A DNA stretch of 64,000 nt, taken from contig NC_135820.1 of the NCBI RefSeq assembly GCF_964213995.1, positions 124,001 to 188,000 on the forward strand, given 5' to 3'. The stretch comes from Mustelus asterias (taxonomy: Eukaryota). The notes under the pieces were generated by a model. It did no database searches. It worked only from the letters and a program-made list of their open reading frames with translations, and had not been told where the DNA came from. This document shows positions 60,901 through 64,000 of the stretch, in pieces; within the stretch, counting starts at the first letter, position 1; every line of letters starts with the position of its first letter. The translations under genes were made by a program, and so were the position numbers.

Positions 60901-61419
60901 ACTCACTTTTATGGTGCATTGCTTTCTCTCTCCCACAGGCACATAGGGAAAAGGCACTTTTTACCCCTGTAGTGGAGCAAGAAGCAATTCTAGAGGGTGA
61001 AAAAGTTAGTCAAAACAAAGGACTGTCCCCCACCAGCCCCCGCAACTTCCACAACCCACCAAACTCCCAGTATTCCACTCAGGTCGCACTCCAGTGCTGG
61101 GTTGTACTGAAATATCTGAATTTATATGTTTTGAATGTAAAGGCACGAGTTGAGCCCAGGTACAGAAAAAACAGCTCATGTAGTTTCCTTCCTTAACTAT
61201 CTGCAGCTGCTCCACAGTGCACACCTTCTCTCTGCCTGCTGGGTCACCTAGATGTGATTTAGAATTTAAATGGCACTTGCAGTTAAATATTAAATACAAA
61301 CAATATTAGATAATTAGAAAGAGAATTAATAAATCCACTCAACTCACCAAACTCACAGCACTCTAGTGCGAGGTCACAAAGACATGTCTGAAATTATATG
61401 TTCTGAAAATAAAGGCACT

Positions 61420-62880
61420 AGCTTGTTGGAGATGGTCATTAGTTGGCAATCATGTGGCATGAATGTTATTTGCCACCGATCAGTCCAAGCCTGAATGTTA
61501 TAGAAGTAGAAGTTTATTTATTAGTCACAAGTAGGCTTACATTCACACTGTAATGAAGTTACTGTGAAAATCCCCCAGTCACCACATTCTGGCACCTGTT
61601 CAGGTACACTGAGGGAGAATTTAACATGGCCAATCCACCTAACCTGCACATCTTTGGACTGTGGGAGGAAACCCACACAGACATGGGGAAAATGTGCAAA
61701 CTCCACACAGACAGTGACCCAAGCCGGCAATCGAACTTGGGTCCCTGGCGCTGTGAGGCAGCAGTGCTAACCACTGCGCCACCATGCCGTCTCACTTATC
61801 CACTTCTTACTGCATGCAGGCATGGACTGTTTCATTGTCTCAGGAGCCAACGATGGTGCTGAACATGGTGCAAATTCAGACATCATCCCAACATCTGACC
61901 TTATGTTGCGGGGGAGGTCAGTGATGTAGATGGTCAGGCCTTGGACACCACCCTGAGGGATTCCTGCAGTGACGTCCTGGAGTGGAGATGGTTGACCTCC
62001 AACCACCACATCCATCTTCCTTTGCGTCAGGTATGACAGGGCTCCTTGACGCCACACTCAAATGCTGCCTTGACACCAAAGGCAGCCACTCTCACCTCAC
62101 CATTGGAATTCTGTTATTTTGTACATGATTGGGCCAAGGCCATCAGGAGTGAAGATAAGTGGTCTTGGCCAGAATCCAAGGAGCAGGTTATTTCACAGTA
62201 AGTGCCGCTTGATAGCACTGTTGATGACACCTTCCCCCGCTTTGCTCATGATTGAGAGTAGACTGATGGCGCAGTAATTGGCTGGGTTGGTTTTGCAGTA
62301 AGTTCTGGAGCACAAGCTTCAATACCATTGCCAGGGTGTTATCAGAGCCCATAGCCCAGGCAGCAGCCAGTGCCTTTAACCATTTCTTGCTAACACATGG
62401 AGTGAATCAAATTGGCTGAAGACTGACATCTGCGATGCTGGAGACCACTGGGATAAATCATCCACTCGACATTCCTGGCTGAAGAAGGTGCAAATGCTTC
62501 AGCCTGAACAAAGAAGAGTACAGCACAGTACCGGGCCCTTTGGCCTACCAAGTCTGTGCCGACATAGATGCCTCTCTAATCTAATATTTTCTTGCCTCAA
62601 GGTGGTCCATATCCCTCTATTCTCTGCCTATTCATGCATCTATCCAGATGGCTCTTGAACGTTATTATAGAATCTTTGCACTGCACTCCCTCATCATTGA
62701 GAATGGGGATATTTGTGGAGCTTCTTCCTCTAGTTAGTTCTTTAATTATCCACCGCCATTCACGACTGGATGTGGCAGGACTGCAGAGTTTGGATCTGAT
62801 CCGTTGGTTATGGGATCACTTAACGCTGCCTATAACATGCTGCTTCCACTATTTAGCATGGATGTGTCAGCTCAGCTATT
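61420..62880 (-). mobile_element. Decayed LINE of the SINE-headed family (also ~53600-53930), interrupted by a SINE
   Basis: Reverse complement resembles 22290-22370, 23920-24050 and 25150-25490; GIPQG.V.G RT motif in ORF 61767-62057. Confidence 0.6.
61500..61790 (-). mobile_element. HE1-related SINE with alternative 3' tail
   Basis: HE1 head and core, but tail ggggattttcacagtaacttcattacagtg..cctacttgtgac. Confidence 0.78.
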
Positions 62881-63081
62881 TGGCACCTTAGTTATATATG
62901 ATTCCTACTTACAGAAACCAGCGTATACAAATATAGGATATAAATATTGTTGAGGTAAATGCAACTTGTCTCGACCTTACACGTATAGACAGATATCACT
63001 TTACAAGCTCAGAATGACTACATGTACATCTGAGAACCATTCTAAAACTGTACTGGAATCACTCATTGGCTATTTTTACAG

Positions 63082-63178
63082 ATCAAAATTTCAACCAATG
63101 GATAACAGGATTGCTTGGAGCTGGAATCACTTTGTGCGTTGGACTGATTGGATTCATCATCTACAAGTGTGTGAGAAA
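63082..63178 (+). CDS. Siglec-like gene 2 transmembrane exon (phase 1-2)
   Basis: Acceptor tttttacag and donor gtaagc; HQNFNQWITGLLGAGITLCVGLIGFIIYKCVRK; paralog of 4187-4283. Confidence 0.92.
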
Positions 63179-64000
63179 GTAAGCGTGAAGGTTTAATTTG
63201 TTGGTTTGCACCAATCTTCTCTCTCTGTTGTGTGATGACACTGTGTTATTGATATATTCTATGTTTCTGTGGAATGTTTTAAAGTTCAGTTTTTCTTCCG
63301 ACAGTGAGTCATTGTGTCTGGGAAACATACAGTTCAGATGCTGGAAAAGCAGGATAATTACTCATCTTGGCCATGTGTTACAGCTAATAGGCTGGTGTTT
63401 GTAACTATATTTAAAGTGGGTTTAAGTCTATGGGAAGACTGATGCTGACTTGGAACTGAAATAGTGATAAGTTAGAACTTATAGAAAAACTGTTGGAGTC
63501 TAGTCTGGCTTCATAATATACCTTGGTGTTCTGGTCCAGGAACCTAACAGTAGAAATAACTTGCATTCTGATAGCACCTTTCACATTATAGCCATTGAGG
63601 TACTTTTCCAGTGTTGCAATGTAGGAAACGCAGCAGTTAACTTGTGTACAGCAAATTCCCACAAATAACAAAGTGACCATGACCTAGATAATATTTTGTA
63701 ACCAATGTTAGTTTTGGAATACACTTTGGCCTCAGGGTGCTGGGGAGTGCTTCTCCTCACTCTTCTCCTATTAGTGATTGTGGAATCTTTAACAAGAACA
63801 TTTGGATTAATATCTCGGTTATATATCTCATCCAACAATGCAGCCCTCAATCAGTATCTGGGACTTCTATTGTTGTGAAAGGGGCTATATAAATGCAACC
63901 CTTTCTATCCTCAGTGGTTCAGTTGATGCAAGCCCTTTCCATTTTCTCAGTCTCACTCACTCTCTCTCCTTTCTTCACCACTGCTCTCCTTCTCATTCTC

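Noticed and set aside
29924-63178. Assigning a symbol such as MAG, CD22, SIGLEC1, SIGLEC15 or CD33
   Set aside because: Domain count and TM/tail do not match a specific ortholog, and orthology needs phylogeny

Overview
Vertebrate genomic DNA, most likely from a shark. That call rests on the repeat content (HE1-type SINEs, CR1/HER1-type LINEs, Rex1, Penelope, a 33-bp minisatellite). About 85-90% of the window (eye estimate) is mobile elements and tandem repeats. Embedded on the + strand are two tandem paralogous Siglec-like receptor genes. Gene 1 is present as its 3' part: a C2 Ig exon, a TM exon, a probable 85-nt cytoplasmic exon and a terminal exon ending in an ITIM-type SVYANV motif. Gene 2 has leader, V-set (Siglec cysteine pattern and essential Arg), C2, C2 and TM exons, all splice-phase compatible; its cytoplasmic exons lie beyond the window. 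The paralogs show a probable gene-conversion tract. A near full-length Ty3/Gypsy LTR element has no tRNA-type primer site. In its place is a 15-nt perfect complement of its own LTR poly(A)-signal region, and its RT reads YLDN instead of YxDD. Also present are a LINE with a tRNA-SINE head, Penelope fragments with hammerhead motifs, a decayed Harbinger transposon with related MITEs, and several minisatellites that generate most of the long spurious ORFs. Everything was read by eye; mobile-element boundaries are approximate.
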